IMG/VR virus record: IMGVR_UViG_3300023174_000118
Coordinates: 1 to 64,000 of that record
From: a virus
DNA: 64,000 bases
Strand: one strand, 5' to 3'
In this document: positions 25,063 to 35,130 of the stretch, piece by piece
Layout of the letters: every line of letters starts with the position of its first letter
Position numbering within the stretch: the first letter of the stretch is position 1
Notes under the pieces: generated by a model
What the model was told of the DNA's origin: nothing
Databases searched by the model: none
The model's input: only the letters and a program-made list of their open reading frames with translations
Made by a program: the position numbers and the translations under genes

Positions 25063-27435
25063 TTATGCCCACGCCGTATATCCAGTAAAAGCACTACTAA
25101 GACCAGTGGACGTGTTATTTGCCCTTGCTCTTGTTCTAGCCCAAGGGTAGGACTGTGCTCCTGTAGTTCTTGAACCAGCCGAAGCTCCCATAAAATAGGT
25201 TACTGTGTTTTGAACTGTTCCACCATTAGTATTTGCATACTGAACTTGAAATTCAATATTTGTTGCATCTGAAGCTGTTGCTGATAATGTAAAGTTGTTT
25301 CCTGATCCCCAACTAATAAATGGCCCACTTGTGATTGCTGGAGTAACTGGTGCTGGAGCAGATGTTGTAAAGCTATAGTTAGCAGATGCTGAATTACCAG
25401 TAGAAGAATAAACAGTAACAGTTCCAGAATAAGGTGTGCTTGAGGATAAACCAGAAAAAGTATAGCTATTAGCAAAACCAATATTTGTACCGTTTACAGT
25501 AGAATACGATTGATTACTTGACGACCAGTTGATTGTTGCACCGCTTGTAGTAATATTAGTATTTGCATTCATTGTAATTGTTGGGGTAATTGGCGCTTGA
25601 GTAACAGTAAATTGATATCCAGTGCTCCACTCGCTTATTGTTGGAGAAGGCCCTGTTCCAACGTTAGTTAAGCTTGATACTGATCTAACATAAGCATACC
25701 AGGCAGTACTGGCGGATGTAGGGCCAGTATAATCTGTTATTGGGCTAGAATAATAAGCCTCATCGTATCCTGTTCCGCCAACTCCAAGAGTCCACCAAAT
25801 TTGATAGTAAGGACCAGACCCGCCATTAAAATAAACTGTTACTGGTTGTCCACTAGAATCACCAGCAGATACGTAATAAATGTTTGGGGGAGTTAAATTA
25901 GACGCAATAGAGAAAGATGTTTCATTTTCAGGGCTTACTAACTCGTCATAGTTTCTAGTTCTAATTTTAATATAATATGTTTGACCACCAGATAGTCCAG
26001 TTAAAGATATTGGACTAGAGCTGGAAGTCCACGTTCCAGAATAAGAACCACTAGATGCTCTATACTGGTATTCGAATGCGGGTGAATACAGATAATTGCT
26101 ACCCTGAGTTCCTGCCGTTACTGGTATTGATGCTGTTGTTGAACCCGTTGTAATAGTACCAAAAGTGGGCTGACCTGGGGCAACTCCTGATGCATATATA
26201 TATGATCCGCCATCTCCAATTACGGTTGTAGCAGTAGATGTATTAGATGCTCTAACTCTGGCTCTCATAAAATAATAGTATCCGTACCCGCCTACTGGTT
26301 GTGGGCTACCCCAAGAAGCAGATTGAGAAGTTGAAGAGGTGTATGAAGATGCTGCAAATGACTGAACGGTGGTCCAACTACTATTATCATTACTTCCTTC
26401 GTATTCAATTTCATATCGAGTAGCATTTGTTGAAGCATTCCACGATAAAGAAGTTGTTCTTACAATACCACTACTACCGCTAGATGGGAAATTTTTTGTA
26501 AATGATATTGTATTAAATGCTTTAGGTGTAGTGTCTGCCACAATTGCAGATACTGCTGTTACCTGATTTAATCCATTAGTAAATAAATTCACGCCTATAT
26601 CGTAATCTGATCCTGTGTTAAATGCGGTTTCTTCTGCAATTATATAACTACCAAAATCTTCTGGCTGCACAATATAAGAGTATGAACCAGAGGCGGAGTA
26701 AATTGGAGTTCTTCCTTGACCATTATATATTGATGTATTACTGTTAGATTTATACCAATAAATTGTATTTCTAGCAGCATCTGGCTTATAGGCCTCAGTT
26801 GTATTCCAAGCAGAACTTATAGATAAAGTAGAACCTACGCTAGCCGTTCCAGTTATTCCAAACGATATGTTTATAGGAGTTCTTCTTATTACTTTAATTT
26901 TTCCATAAGTATCTTTTGAATCCGCCGTATTACTATAAAGAGCATTTGAAGCATTTGCAGTTATTTTAAAAGAAATATATTTTCCATCTGCTGCAGATGC
27001 ATTTGAAAGAGTACTTATTGTTAAGGCTCTAGAAGGAGATGAGTATACTCCAGTGCCTAAATTGCCAATTAAATCAGAGTCTCCTGACTGATTTGCTGCG
27101 TCGGAATAATATGGCCAAGTGTAGTTATAAGAAGATATAGAAAACCCATTAGCATCCCAGGTTCCATTTCTTCCATAATAGGTTGTACCTATTCTAACAA
27201 CATCATTAGCTCCATAAAGAGGAGTGCTGCCACTTGAAGTAGTTGTTATGTATGGATCTGTTATGGCAAATACTCCAGATGTTGGCCATACTCTTAGCCA
27301 GCCAACAGTTGTATTTTTAATCCATATAACTTTGGCGGCCACCCATGTAGAAGAAAATCTTTTAATGTAGATATTAAGAGCTTTTCTCCATTTAGTAGTA
27401 GCTGTGTTGCTTGTTTTAATCCATATATCTGACAT
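25063..27435 (-). CDS. tail fibre / Ig- and FN3-like domain virion protein
   Basis: Ser/Thr/Gly-rich beta protein; FN3-like motifs (LSWNAS...YEIEY; LTGLSGGQTYYIKIR). Confidence 0.75.
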   Translation of the reverse strand: MSDIWIKTSNTATTKWRKALNIYIKRFSSTWVAAKVIWIKNTTVGWLRVWPTSGVFAITDPYITTTSSGSTPLYGANDVVRIGTTYYGRNGTWDANGFSISSYNYTWPYYSDAANQSGDSDLIGNLGTGVYSSPSRALTISTLSNASAADGKYISFKITANASNALYSNTADSKDTYGKIKVIRRTPINISFGITGTASVGSTLSISSAWNTTEAYKPDAARNTIYWYKSNSNTSIYNGQGRTPIYSASGSYSYIVQPEDFGSYIIAEETAFNTGSDYDIGVNLFTNGLNQVTAVSAIVADTTPKAFNTISFTKNFPSSGSSGIVRTTSLSWNASTNATRYEIEYEGSNDNSSWTTVQSFAASSYTSSTSQSASWGSPQPVGGYGYYYFMRARVRASNTSTATTVIGDGGSYIYASGVAPGQPTFGTITTGSTTASIPVTAGTQGSNYLYSPAFEYQYRASSGSYSGTWTSSSSPISLTGLSGGQTYYIKIRTRNYDELVSPENETSFSIASNLTPPNIYYVSAGDSSGQPVTVYFNGGSGPYYQIWWTLGVGGTGYDEAYYSSPITDYTGPTSASTAWYAYVRSVSSLTNVGTGPSPTISEWSTGYQFTVTQAPITPTITMNANTNITTSGATINWSSSNQSYSTVNGTNIGFANSYTFSGLSSSTPYSGTVTVYSSTGNSASANYSFTTSAPAPVTPAITSGPFISWGSGNNFTLSATASDATNIEFQVQYANTNGGTVQNTVTYFMGASAGSRTTGAQSYPWARTRARANNTSTGLSSAFTGYTAWA

Positions 27436-27457
27436 GTTATGATTGTATCATTTCTAA

Positions 27458-29467
27458 TTAAAATTGTATATAAATGTCGCCAATATAGGCTGAATACCCT
27501 AATGCGTTATTAGAACTACTAGTAGACTGTGTTGCTGATCCCGCTGTTATGTTTCTAAATTCTCTTAATGCTATTGTTCCGTTAGCACTTGAATTTACTG
27601 GACCATCAAAATAAGCTTCCCCTGTAGAACTAAGTGTTAATGTTTTATCACTTAATCCATCGCTTCCAGACCAGCCAAGGGATATGGTTGTTGGAGCTAA
27701 AGACAGGTATGCTGAACTTGTAGGGTACCCATTATATGTTCTAGAGTTACCCTGTCTAAGAATTACTTCATTACCAGAGTTAAATCCATATAACTGTCCA
27801 GTAACTGTTCCATCTCCATTAACAACTTCAAAAGCATAACTTGAAGAATTTAATCTAGCTGCTCCAAAAAGTCCTGAACTACCTGTTGTTACTATGGCTC
27901 CAGTAATTGTTCCTCCACTAATTGTTGCAGAAGATGTAATGTTTCCATTAAATGTACCACTACTAAATATAGCGTCTGTTGCACTCATATTGCCATCCAT
28001 GTCAACAGTAAATTTAAAATTACTTGTAGTTCCAGCTCTAATGCCCGATGTTGGATCAATTTTAATTACTTTAATTCCAGACTCAGAACTTGCATGTGCA
28101 CTTTGTCTTATTTCAAATTTAGGGCCAATAGGGTCTAATTCAATAGTAGGAAATGCTACAGCAGTGCTCTTAAAAGCATTTTCACTAATTGACCACCCGC
28201 CAATAGATCCACTATTTGCAGTTACTGTTCCACTAAATGTAGCACTTCCATCTGATGCAATATTAAAATTGGTTGAAGATATACCTGAAGTACCTATTGT
28301 GACTGGGCCAAATACCCCTGTTGATCCAGTCAAAGTTCCTTTAATTGCTAGCGTGGGGGTTACTGCTCCGTAATCAAAACTTAAGACCTCATTGTTACCG
28401 CTGTCATATGCAGTTATTCCTCTTTTTACTGTTCTGGTTGTAAGAGAATCAGTAAAATTATTAACCCCGCTTAATTCTAATCTTCCTCCCCCAGATGTTG
28501 AACTAGATCCAACTCTTAGGTAAGAAGAAAAATTGCCATTACCTGCAACTAAATTTTCTATAGATATAATTCCGTTAGTCAAATCAACAAGGTTGGCTTG
28601 TGTTGGATTTACTGTTGAAGAATTTATTCTAGTATATGTTGGAGTTCCAGAAACAGAATACAATGCGTCTTGAGAGTTTCTTGTAATATAATAAAAAAAC
28701 ATTGGAGATGTATATGCTAATGTATTAGTTGCTAATGATAAAGCCTGTCTTAAATTATCTAAACCAATGTTTTGCCTATTAGTTGTTCCAGTTACTGTTA
28801 GGGATGCTACTTGAGTAGTTGTAGAAAATCCAGCAGTTGCGGTTGATCCTACATCAGATCCACGAACGTGAATGTCAATTGATTTAAATCCGTCAAAATC
28901 TGCTGACGAGTAAGTTCCAGCCCAATTTACTGAAACGGCAAATGGCTCTGAATTTATAGTTAGTCCAGATGCCAGTGTTGGTGCTTCTACTTGAAAGTTA
29001 GCCGCTGGATCCGTAACAATAATTGTATGTGTTGTTCCAACCGTGCTTGTTCCGCCAGTAGAATTTGTTGACCTAAGTTCAACTACGTAAGTACCAGCTG
29101 ATGCTGCAATTGTTGCTTTCCCTGCAGAAAAAAATGTGTACGCAATTTTTCCTGTTCCAAACATTCCATTGGCAACAATAACATCTACCTTTTTAGATCC
29201 AGTAGGAAAAGTTGGAAGCTCTACTGGAATTGATCCTGCAAACGTAGATGGGACAATTGTTCCAGTTGGAACTCCTGGAGCAGATTCATTTGATGTTCTT
29301 ACAACATATGAAGGAGACCAATCACTTGTTTGATCATCAGAATAAATCCATTTAAATTGAGTTGCATAAGTTTTATTTAATTTTAAATTTTTAATAGTTA
29401 CATTAAAATAGTTTTTATCTGAACTAGTTTGAGCAACTATAGACAAGTCATTAAATGCATCTGCCAT
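27458..29467 (-). CDS. minor tail / central fibre protein
   Basis: FN3-like N-terminus plus beta-helix-like SGSIGGWSI and GTITG repeats; in tail-tip cluster. Confidence 0.7.
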   Translation of the reverse strand: MADAFNDLSIVAQTSSDKNYFNVTIKNLKLNKTYATQFKWIYSDDQTSDWSPSYVVRTSNESAPGVPTGTIVPSTFAGSIPVELPTFPTGSKKVDVIVANGMFGTGKIAYTFFSAGKATIAASAGTYVVELRSTNSTGGTSTVGTTHTIIVTDPAANFQVEAPTLASGLTINSEPFAVSVNWAGTYSSADFDGFKSIDIHVRGSDVGSTATAGFSTTTQVASLTVTGTTNRQNIGLDNLRQALSLATNTLAYTSPMFFYYITRNSQDALYSVSGTPTYTRINSSTVNPTQANLVDLTNGIISIENLVAGNGNFSSYLRVGSSSTSGGGRLELSGVNNFTDSLTTRTVKRGITAYDSGNNEVLSFDYGAVTPTLAIKGTLTGSTGVFGPVTIGTSGISSTNFNIASDGSATFSGTVTANSGSIGGWSISENAFKSTAVAFPTIELDPIGPKFEIRQSAHASSESGIKVIKIDPTSGIRAGTTSNFKFTVDMDGNMSATDAIFSSGTFNGNITSSATISGGTITGAIVTTGSSGLFGAARLNSSSYAFEVVNGDGTVTGQLYGFNSGNEVILRQGNSRTYNGYPTSSAYLSLAPTTISLGWSGSDGLSDKTLTLSSTGEAYFDGPVNSSANGTIALREFRNITAGSATQSTSSSNNALGYSAYIGDIYIQF

Positions 29468-30553
29468 TTAAAACTCCAGCGCTAGCTTATATTCTATATC
29501 TACTTGTCTTCCCGAAGGCTTTGTAAGTATACTTCCTCCAGTTAAAACAGACCTGCTGATAAGTCCAAAATAGGGATCAAATGTGTCTTCATCATTAATT
29601 CTTATTCCATCAAAATAAACAGTTGTTGCGCCGCCCGATGAGGCAGTAACTTCTACACCAATTTTAATAATAGATGATAGATCTGGTGGAGTAGCACTTA
29701 CGTTACCAAAAAGATTATTTAATGTTGATGATTGAATTCTATCTCCCGTCCCTGATTCTGGTGTAAAATCAATCCAACAGTACGATGTGCTTGAACTATA
29801 AAATTTAATTCTTATTTTAGATGTGTTTGCATCTGCTTTTTTATATGCAATTGAAAGACTATCGTTAACACTGTAGCCAGAAATGTCCAAGGTAGTATTT
29901 GAATTTGTGTACTCTTTTGCTGTACTAGTTGTAGCAGTAACTTCAATCATATTATCTCCTATTTTAGGAATAAATGAATCAGTCTTATAAGCGATTACTG
30001 GATTAAAAGATCCATCTGTCCAGGATAGGTTGTTATCGAATGATGTTATAAACTTACTATCAAAATTATTAATTGATTTTCTAGATCCAGGGTAGAGGCC
30101 GATCTCAGATATTACTCCAGATATGTCTTGTGGAATTGTTGCCTTATATATAACAGAATATGATGAGGCATATCCTCCAGATGTATATGTACCCGTAGCC
30201 GAGTTAGTTATTGTAAATTGAGTATTTGTTGCCGACGCAATTACAGCACTTGATAAATTATATTGTGATGGAGATATGCCAGTTATTTTAATAGTCTGCC
30301 CCGCAGTAAAATTATTATCAGCAGTATATGTAATAACTGTTCCGCTTCCTGTGGCACCTGTTATATTTGCAGATCTTATGTCTACGCTGCTTAATGTTGC
30401 TGGAAGTCTATAAAATTCAAAATTTAATTTTGTATCATTTCCTTCTGAGTTGACTGCAGTACTTCCTATGCCTAGGGCTAGGTCTTTTGTAGTAAAATCT
30501 ACCATGCCAGCCATGTGGCCAGTTAAAAATCTTTTACCAAATTTTGTTATCAT
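29468..30553 (-). CDS. minor tail/baseplate protein with an inserted small beta module
   Basis: MITKFGKRF...ISEIGLY...IEYKL; in tail cluster. Confidence 0.65.
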   Translation of the reverse strand: MITKFGKRFLTGHMAGMVDFTTKDLALGIGSTAVNSEGNDTKLNFEFYRLPATLSSVDIRSANITGATGSGTVITYTADNNFTAGQTIKITGISPSQYNLSSAVIASATNTQFTITNSATGTYTSGGYASSYSVIYKATIPQDISGVISEIGLYPGSRKSINNFDSKFITSFDNNLSWTDGSFNPVIAYKTDSFIPKIGDNMIEVTATTSTAKEYTNSNTTLDISGYSVNDSLSIAYKKADANTSKIRIKFYSSSTSYCWIDFTPESGTGDRIQSSTLNNLFGNVSATPPDLSSIIKIGVEVTASSGGATTVYFDGIRINDEDTFDPYFGLISRSVLTGGSILTKPSGRQVDIEYKLALEF

Positions 30554-30948
30554 AGTAGCTCTATTCTTGCGTTTATCGCTTTTAGATTTTGTGCACTTGA
30601 ATTTTTAATTTTAAAAACTAATTCTACTGATGGATTTCCTATTGCATCATATACTACATTATTTGAAACGACTTGAATATCAGATAAAGATGGAGCTGAT
30701 GGATAAAGAACAGATGTTACTGATTCTGTTACATTTTGTTCTGCTGTTTCATTTTCTGCAATTACTAAAGCTCCATCAATTTCATCATAACCTATATCTG
30801 GAGACCCCATATATAAAGCCCCTACAACATTCCCAGGAATTACTCTTCTATAGTTTGGGCCTAGGTCATTTGCCTCTGGAGAATTAGAGTATATTACAAT
30901 AGGAGCGTCTGCTGCTACGCTTGTTGTTGATGGCTTATTTGATGTCAT
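30550..30948 (-). CDS. hypothetical tail-region protein
   Basis: 132-aa ORF; leaderless TGGTATAAT promoter. Confidence 0.7.
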   Translation of the reverse strand: MTSNKPSTTSVAADAPIVIYSNSPEANDLGPNYRRVIPGNVVGALYMGSPDIGYDEIDGALVIAENETAEQNVTESVTSVLYPSAPSLSDIQVVSNNVVYDAIGNPSVELVFKIKNSSAQNLKAINARIELL

Positions 30949-30971
30949 TTTTTTATTATACCATTTCTTGG

Positions 30972-32765
30972 CTAAAGAGTCCTAGCCGTAATGGAAGTCT
31001 CCAATCCTTGATTAAATGAATTTGTCACATTCATAACTACAAACTTTTTAGTTCCGTCTAAATCATTAGATGGGTAATTTATAGTGACTATATCTCCCAC
31101 AGAAATAAGTGGGTTTCCAAAAACTTGCATAGATACCACTGATTGCTGCTTAGACCATAAGTCTTTAATCCAGGTAGATATAGATTTGGCATCTGATTCT
31201 TTCTGTATCCATTTTGATTCAAAAATTACTGGCTCTGGATTAGTATACTCATTAATAGTACTGTCCATATATTCATGCTGACCTGAAGTAACTAAATAGT
31301 TACCAATTATACTAAATGAGTTTAATGAGGAATCATCTAATGGTACCCATGTTCCCGCATTATTTATTAAATATACTTCTGCTCCAAATGAAGTAAGCCT
31401 AGACCCCAACACACTAACAAATTTATTTATTCCTAAACTTGGGTATAGTGGATACCCTGGCCTAGATTCATATTTAATATCTACTTTTCTTAACTCACGA
31501 GCAACAGTTCCAAATTCTTCAAGATAACCATTTTTTAAAGTAGTTTTATTAAAATTACTTAATACTTTTTCTCCATATAGGAAATTTAAAACCGTATCAT
31601 TAAATTGGCCATTGTATACATTTTGTAATATACCAGAGTTATACTCACTTTCTTCAAGCGGAAGAGCATAGACATAATCATAATATGCTGATCCTGTAGT
31701 AGCACACATAGATATGTTTGGTGTAACTGGAAGCACTTTATTTCTTGGATCAGTGCTAGTAGTAGAATCTGTATCAACTGCACTTATTTTAAAATTATTT
31801 ATATACACATCAATTGTTCTTGAGCCAGATGCTACTTTAACTTTTATGTCGACCTTATAAGAGGTTGCCCCTAAAATTCCAGTAAGTGATTTTGCTGGAT
31901 TGTTTTTTTGGCTATCATTTAATTCAACCTTGTTTCCGTTTACTACTTTTAATATCTTAACTTCTCTATCTGATGTATTTGAAAGATTAGAAGTTGTTTG
32001 CATTAAAACATAGTACCCAGATTTTCCAGCATCGTCTGTAAAAAATCCTATTCCTCCAGCCGCATCAACATTTGTAGCGCTGCTTTGAAAAAATACTGCC
32101 GTACCAAATGAGTAATAGCTATATGAATTAGATATTGCAGTATTTTTTGTAGCAATTGAAAAATTAGTTGGATCTTTAGAGTTGTTTGTAACTCTAAATA
32201 AAGATTTTTCTACTTGTCTATTACCGCTTGTAGCAAATGAAGACCCAGTAACTGTTTGCACTGGTACACCATCGTCTGCTCCAGAATCAAAAGCTGAGTT
32301 GTTTACAACTACAGGTGAAGCTGGCTTTGTTGATGAAGGGGCTCCTGCTGCATCTCCTGTTGAACCAGGGGGAACTAGTACTGCTGTAGTAGTTGATGTT
32401 ACCCCCGACAGTGGGTTATACTTAGGCATAGTAAAACTTTCTGTAATATAAGGACCAAATGTTCCTGTAGCTCCCGCTCCTGTATATGCTCGTGCCCTAA
32501 CTGTATACTTTGCACCTGGAATTAAACCTTCACGAACATGCACTCCGCTTGATGTTGTAAATGTAAAATCTGGATCATTAAATGTTCCAGTGCTAACTGC
32601 TGATCCAGCGTAGCTTCCTGGCGTTTGTGTTGGAGTACCTAAAGTTATAACTGCTCTTGTTACAGATGTAGTTTGAATTGAAATCCAAGGGATAACAAGA
32701 TTTCCTGGTGAAGGAGTTGGAATTGGTAAAAATGAACTATCCCAGTAATTGTATGCGTATGCCAT
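30972..32765 (-). CDS. tail-tip protein, C-terminal hub-like part
   Basis: Ends with GNPLISVGDIVTINY...FVVMNVTNSF...TSITAR, typical of hub/Tal C-termini; start placed at MAYAY. Confidence 0.7.
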   Translation of the reverse strand: MAYAYNYWDSSFLPIPTPSPGNLVIPWISIQTTSVTRAVITLGTPTQTPGSYAGSAVSTGTFNDPDFTFTTSSGVHVREGLIPGAKYTVRARAYTGAGATGTFGPYITESFTMPKYNPLSGVTSTTTAVLVPPGSTGDAAGAPSSTKPASPVVVNNSAFDSGADDGVPVQTVTGSSFATSGNRQVEKSLFRVTNNSKDPTNFSIATKNTAISNSYSYYSFGTAVFFQSSATNVDAAGGIGFFTDDAGKSGYYVLMQTTSNLSNTSDREVKILKVVNGNKVELNDSQKNNPAKSLTGILGATSYKVDIKVKVASGSRTIDVYINNFKISAVDTDSTTSTDPRNKVLPVTPNISMCATTGSAYYDYVYALPLEESEYNSGILQNVYNGQFNDTVLNFLYGEKVLSNFNKTTLKNGYLEEFGTVARELRKVDIKYESRPGYPLYPSLGINKFVSVLGSRLTSFGAEVYLINNAGTWVPLDDSSLNSFSIIGNYLVTSGQHEYMDSTINEYTNPEPVIFESKWIQKESDAKSISTWIKDLWSKQQSVVSMQVFGNPLISVGDIVTINYPSNDLDGTKKFVVMNVTNSFNQGLETSITARTL

Positions 32766-34660
32766 TATGCCCAATTCACCTCGTATCCGCTCCATGAATT
32801 TAATATTGTTGATGCTGCTGCATAATGATTTGCTACTGTTGTATTAAATGCACCTCTAGATTTAATTCTATATCGGCCACTTGGTTGATAATTTTTAGCA
32901 CCCACTACGCCTGCTCCTAAATATTTTAATACATCTGACTCACTTGTTACCCAAACTTGAGTTTTTGTATTGTTTTCATTTAAATATTCATATTGAATTG
33001 CATCGTATTCAATAATTTCTGAATCAATTACTAAATATCCACTGTACTCATAAAGAACCTTGGTCTTTGACTGATACGTATTAACAGTAATAGGGGAAAG
33101 AGAAATATAACCACCTGCTACAATGTTTGAGGGCAAGTCTTGTTCTAGAGAAAGTGCACCCATAGATGTGGTGCCAGATTTCCATAGGGGCTGTGAGTTT
33201 CCAGTGTACTCTGATGTAGTTACACTATTCCATAGAACCTTTACTTGATTTGCTGAAGCTAAATCATTTTTAGATAAAGAAATAATGTTTGAAAGATTTG
33301 ATCCATCTGCTGCATATCTAAAAGACCAATTTGTTGTCTTAGCCAAATCAAACATATAGTCTCTTGTGTAAAATTGTAATACATTGTTTTCATCAAATAC
33401 TGCAGTCATTTGTGAGTCTCTACATAATTCTTGTATTGCATTCCAAGCTGTCTTTGAATCATCCGTCCACCAAAATCGGGGAGAGAATACAGAAGTGTCT
33501 GTAGCGGTTGAATTAAAATTATAATTAGTGAATCCAACCGAATCTAGAAGTCTTCTTAATATTGCAATAGCTGAGTATCCTTCACATACAATACTTGGAG
33601 CTATAACATCTTGTAATATCTTTGCTCCATCTAATGCTGTAATTGATATATCTCCAAATTCAGATGTTGACCAATTGTCTAAGTAAAAAGTTCCTTGATT
33701 AATTTTTTCGTATGTACCGACAGAATCTGTAAGTGTACCAAAAGATCCGTACAATTTAAAATATGGTTTAACTTCTATTTTTTTGTATAAATAAATTTTT
33801 GAAGAATCAAAAGTATAAGTTTTATCAAAAGATATAATTTTTCTTGCTGCTTCATATGATACAAGATTCATAGACAATGAGTTGGCTGAAACTTTTCCAA
33901 TAGGCAAGATATCCTCAGCACTTGTAGAAGATTCTTTTGAAATTGAAATATCTGTAACATAATCACTTACATCTAGAACTAATCTGGGAGAAAATTCAAT
34001 TACACCAATATATTTACCAGACACTGCTCCTGTAGTCAATCTAATAGATGTTATGCTAACTGGACCACCTAATGTTGCTGGCTCTGTAGTTACCCACGCT
34101 GTTCCATTATAATAAAGTGTTAATGTTCCAGCATCATATTGTCCAGAGGCAAATGGCTTTATTTGTGTGTTTGTTCCATTTGCAATAGATGAGCCGTTTG
34201 CATATATGTTCCAAGTTGTGGGGGTGGAATGAGATATTTCAAATCTTGCTATAATTTTATTAGTCAGCATTGTCTTTGGGTAGGTAATAGTTAAATCTAC
34301 TCCCACGCCTTTTGCTGCTAGCCAATATTTGTAGTATGTATCTGCTCCTGGATAATATGTTCTGTAGTTGATTGAATATATGCTTGATCTGGGATCTCTA
34401 TATGTGCCAGTTCCTACGTCTCCTGTAATTCCATACTTTACTCCCGCCCCAATTGGCCTAACTGGTTTAATTACAGAGTCTATTGGAAAAAGTTTTTTAA
34501 ATGGCTTGCTTCCATCGGCTTTTGTTATATCATCACCAGCAACAGTTATGTTATCTACCATACTGTTTATATTGTATTCAAACGTACAGCCAGTATTTAA
34601 TTTTATAGATGTGTTTTGTTCAAGGGCAGTTTTTGCTGAAGTAGATGCTGATACTGGCAT
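32765..34660 (-). CDS. tail-tip protein, N-terminal hub-like part
   Basis: Follows Dit-like gene; GTFYLDNW..ITALDG, AWNAIQELC..VFDENNVLQF motifs. Confidence 0.72.
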   Translation of the reverse strand: MPVSASTSAKTALEQNTSIKLNTGCTFEYNINSMVDNITVAGDDITKADGSKPFKKLFPIDSVIKPVRPIGAGVKYGITGDVGTGTYRDPRSSIYSINYRTYYPGADTYYKYWLAAKGVGVDLTITYPKTMLTNKIIARFEISHSTPTTWNIYANGSSIANGTNTQIKPFASGQYDAGTLTLYYNGTAWVTTEPATLGGPVSITSIRLTTGAVSGKYIGVIEFSPRLVLDVSDYVTDISISKESSTSAEDILPIGKVSANSLSMNLVSYEAARKIISFDKTYTFDSSKIYLYKKIEVKPYFKLYGSFGTLTDSVGTYEKINQGTFYLDNWSTSEFGDISITALDGAKILQDVIAPSIVCEGYSAIAILRRLLDSVGFTNYNFNSTATDTSVFSPRFWWTDDSKTAWNAIQELCRDSQMTAVFDENNVLQFYTRDYMFDLAKTTNWSFRYAADGSNLSNIISLSKNDLASANQVKVLWNSVTTSEYTGNSQPLWKSGTTSMGALSLEQDLPSNIVAGGYISLSPITVNTYQSKTKVLYEYSGYLVIDSEIIEYDAIQYEYLNENNTKTQVWVTSESDVLKYLGAGVVGAKNYQPSGRYRIKSRGAFNTTVANHYAAASTILNSWSGYEVNWA

Positions 34661-35130
34661 TACACTTCATCCATACTTAAAGAAACATTCCAGTGTGGCT
34701 GTATACCACGCTTGGCAATTACAAAATTACAATCAGTAAATATAACATTATACTCTTCATATCCTGATGACTCTTGAGATACACCATTTTGGGCTATATT
34801 AAGTCTAATCTTAAAAGTGCCTTGCCCTTCTTCTCCTAAATAAAAAGATTTTAGATCTTCGGCTCCCCATGCTCCGTCTACCGTTAAACTTCTATATGAT
34901 GGAAGCATGCTCCATGATGTTGAAAATTTTCTTTTATCCGCCACAAAATTCTTTCGTAGTGTTCCATTTGAGGTTCTAACAACTTTTTCAATTCTTTCAA
35001 CATTTATGCTAAACTCACTTCTATTATGTTCTGTAACTTTGTTCCATACCTTTGTAGTTCCAGCGGGAGTTGCAAGAAGATCTTTAGCCTCTATACTAAA
35101 AATTGATCCTCTTGGTAATGTCATTGCCAT
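34660..35130 (-). CDS. distal tail protein (Dit)-like
   Basis: Directly after TMP; RTSNGTLRK...KRKFSTSW...WNVSLSMDEV. Confidence 0.65.
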   Translation of the reverse strand: MAMTLPRGSIFSIEAKDLLATPAGTTKVWNKVTEHNRSEFSINVERIEKVVRTSNGTLRKNFVADKRKFSTSWSMLPSYRSLTVDGAWGAEDLKSFYLGEEGQGTFKIRLNIAQNGVSQESSGYEEYNVIFTDCNFVIAKRGIQPHWNVSLSMDEV

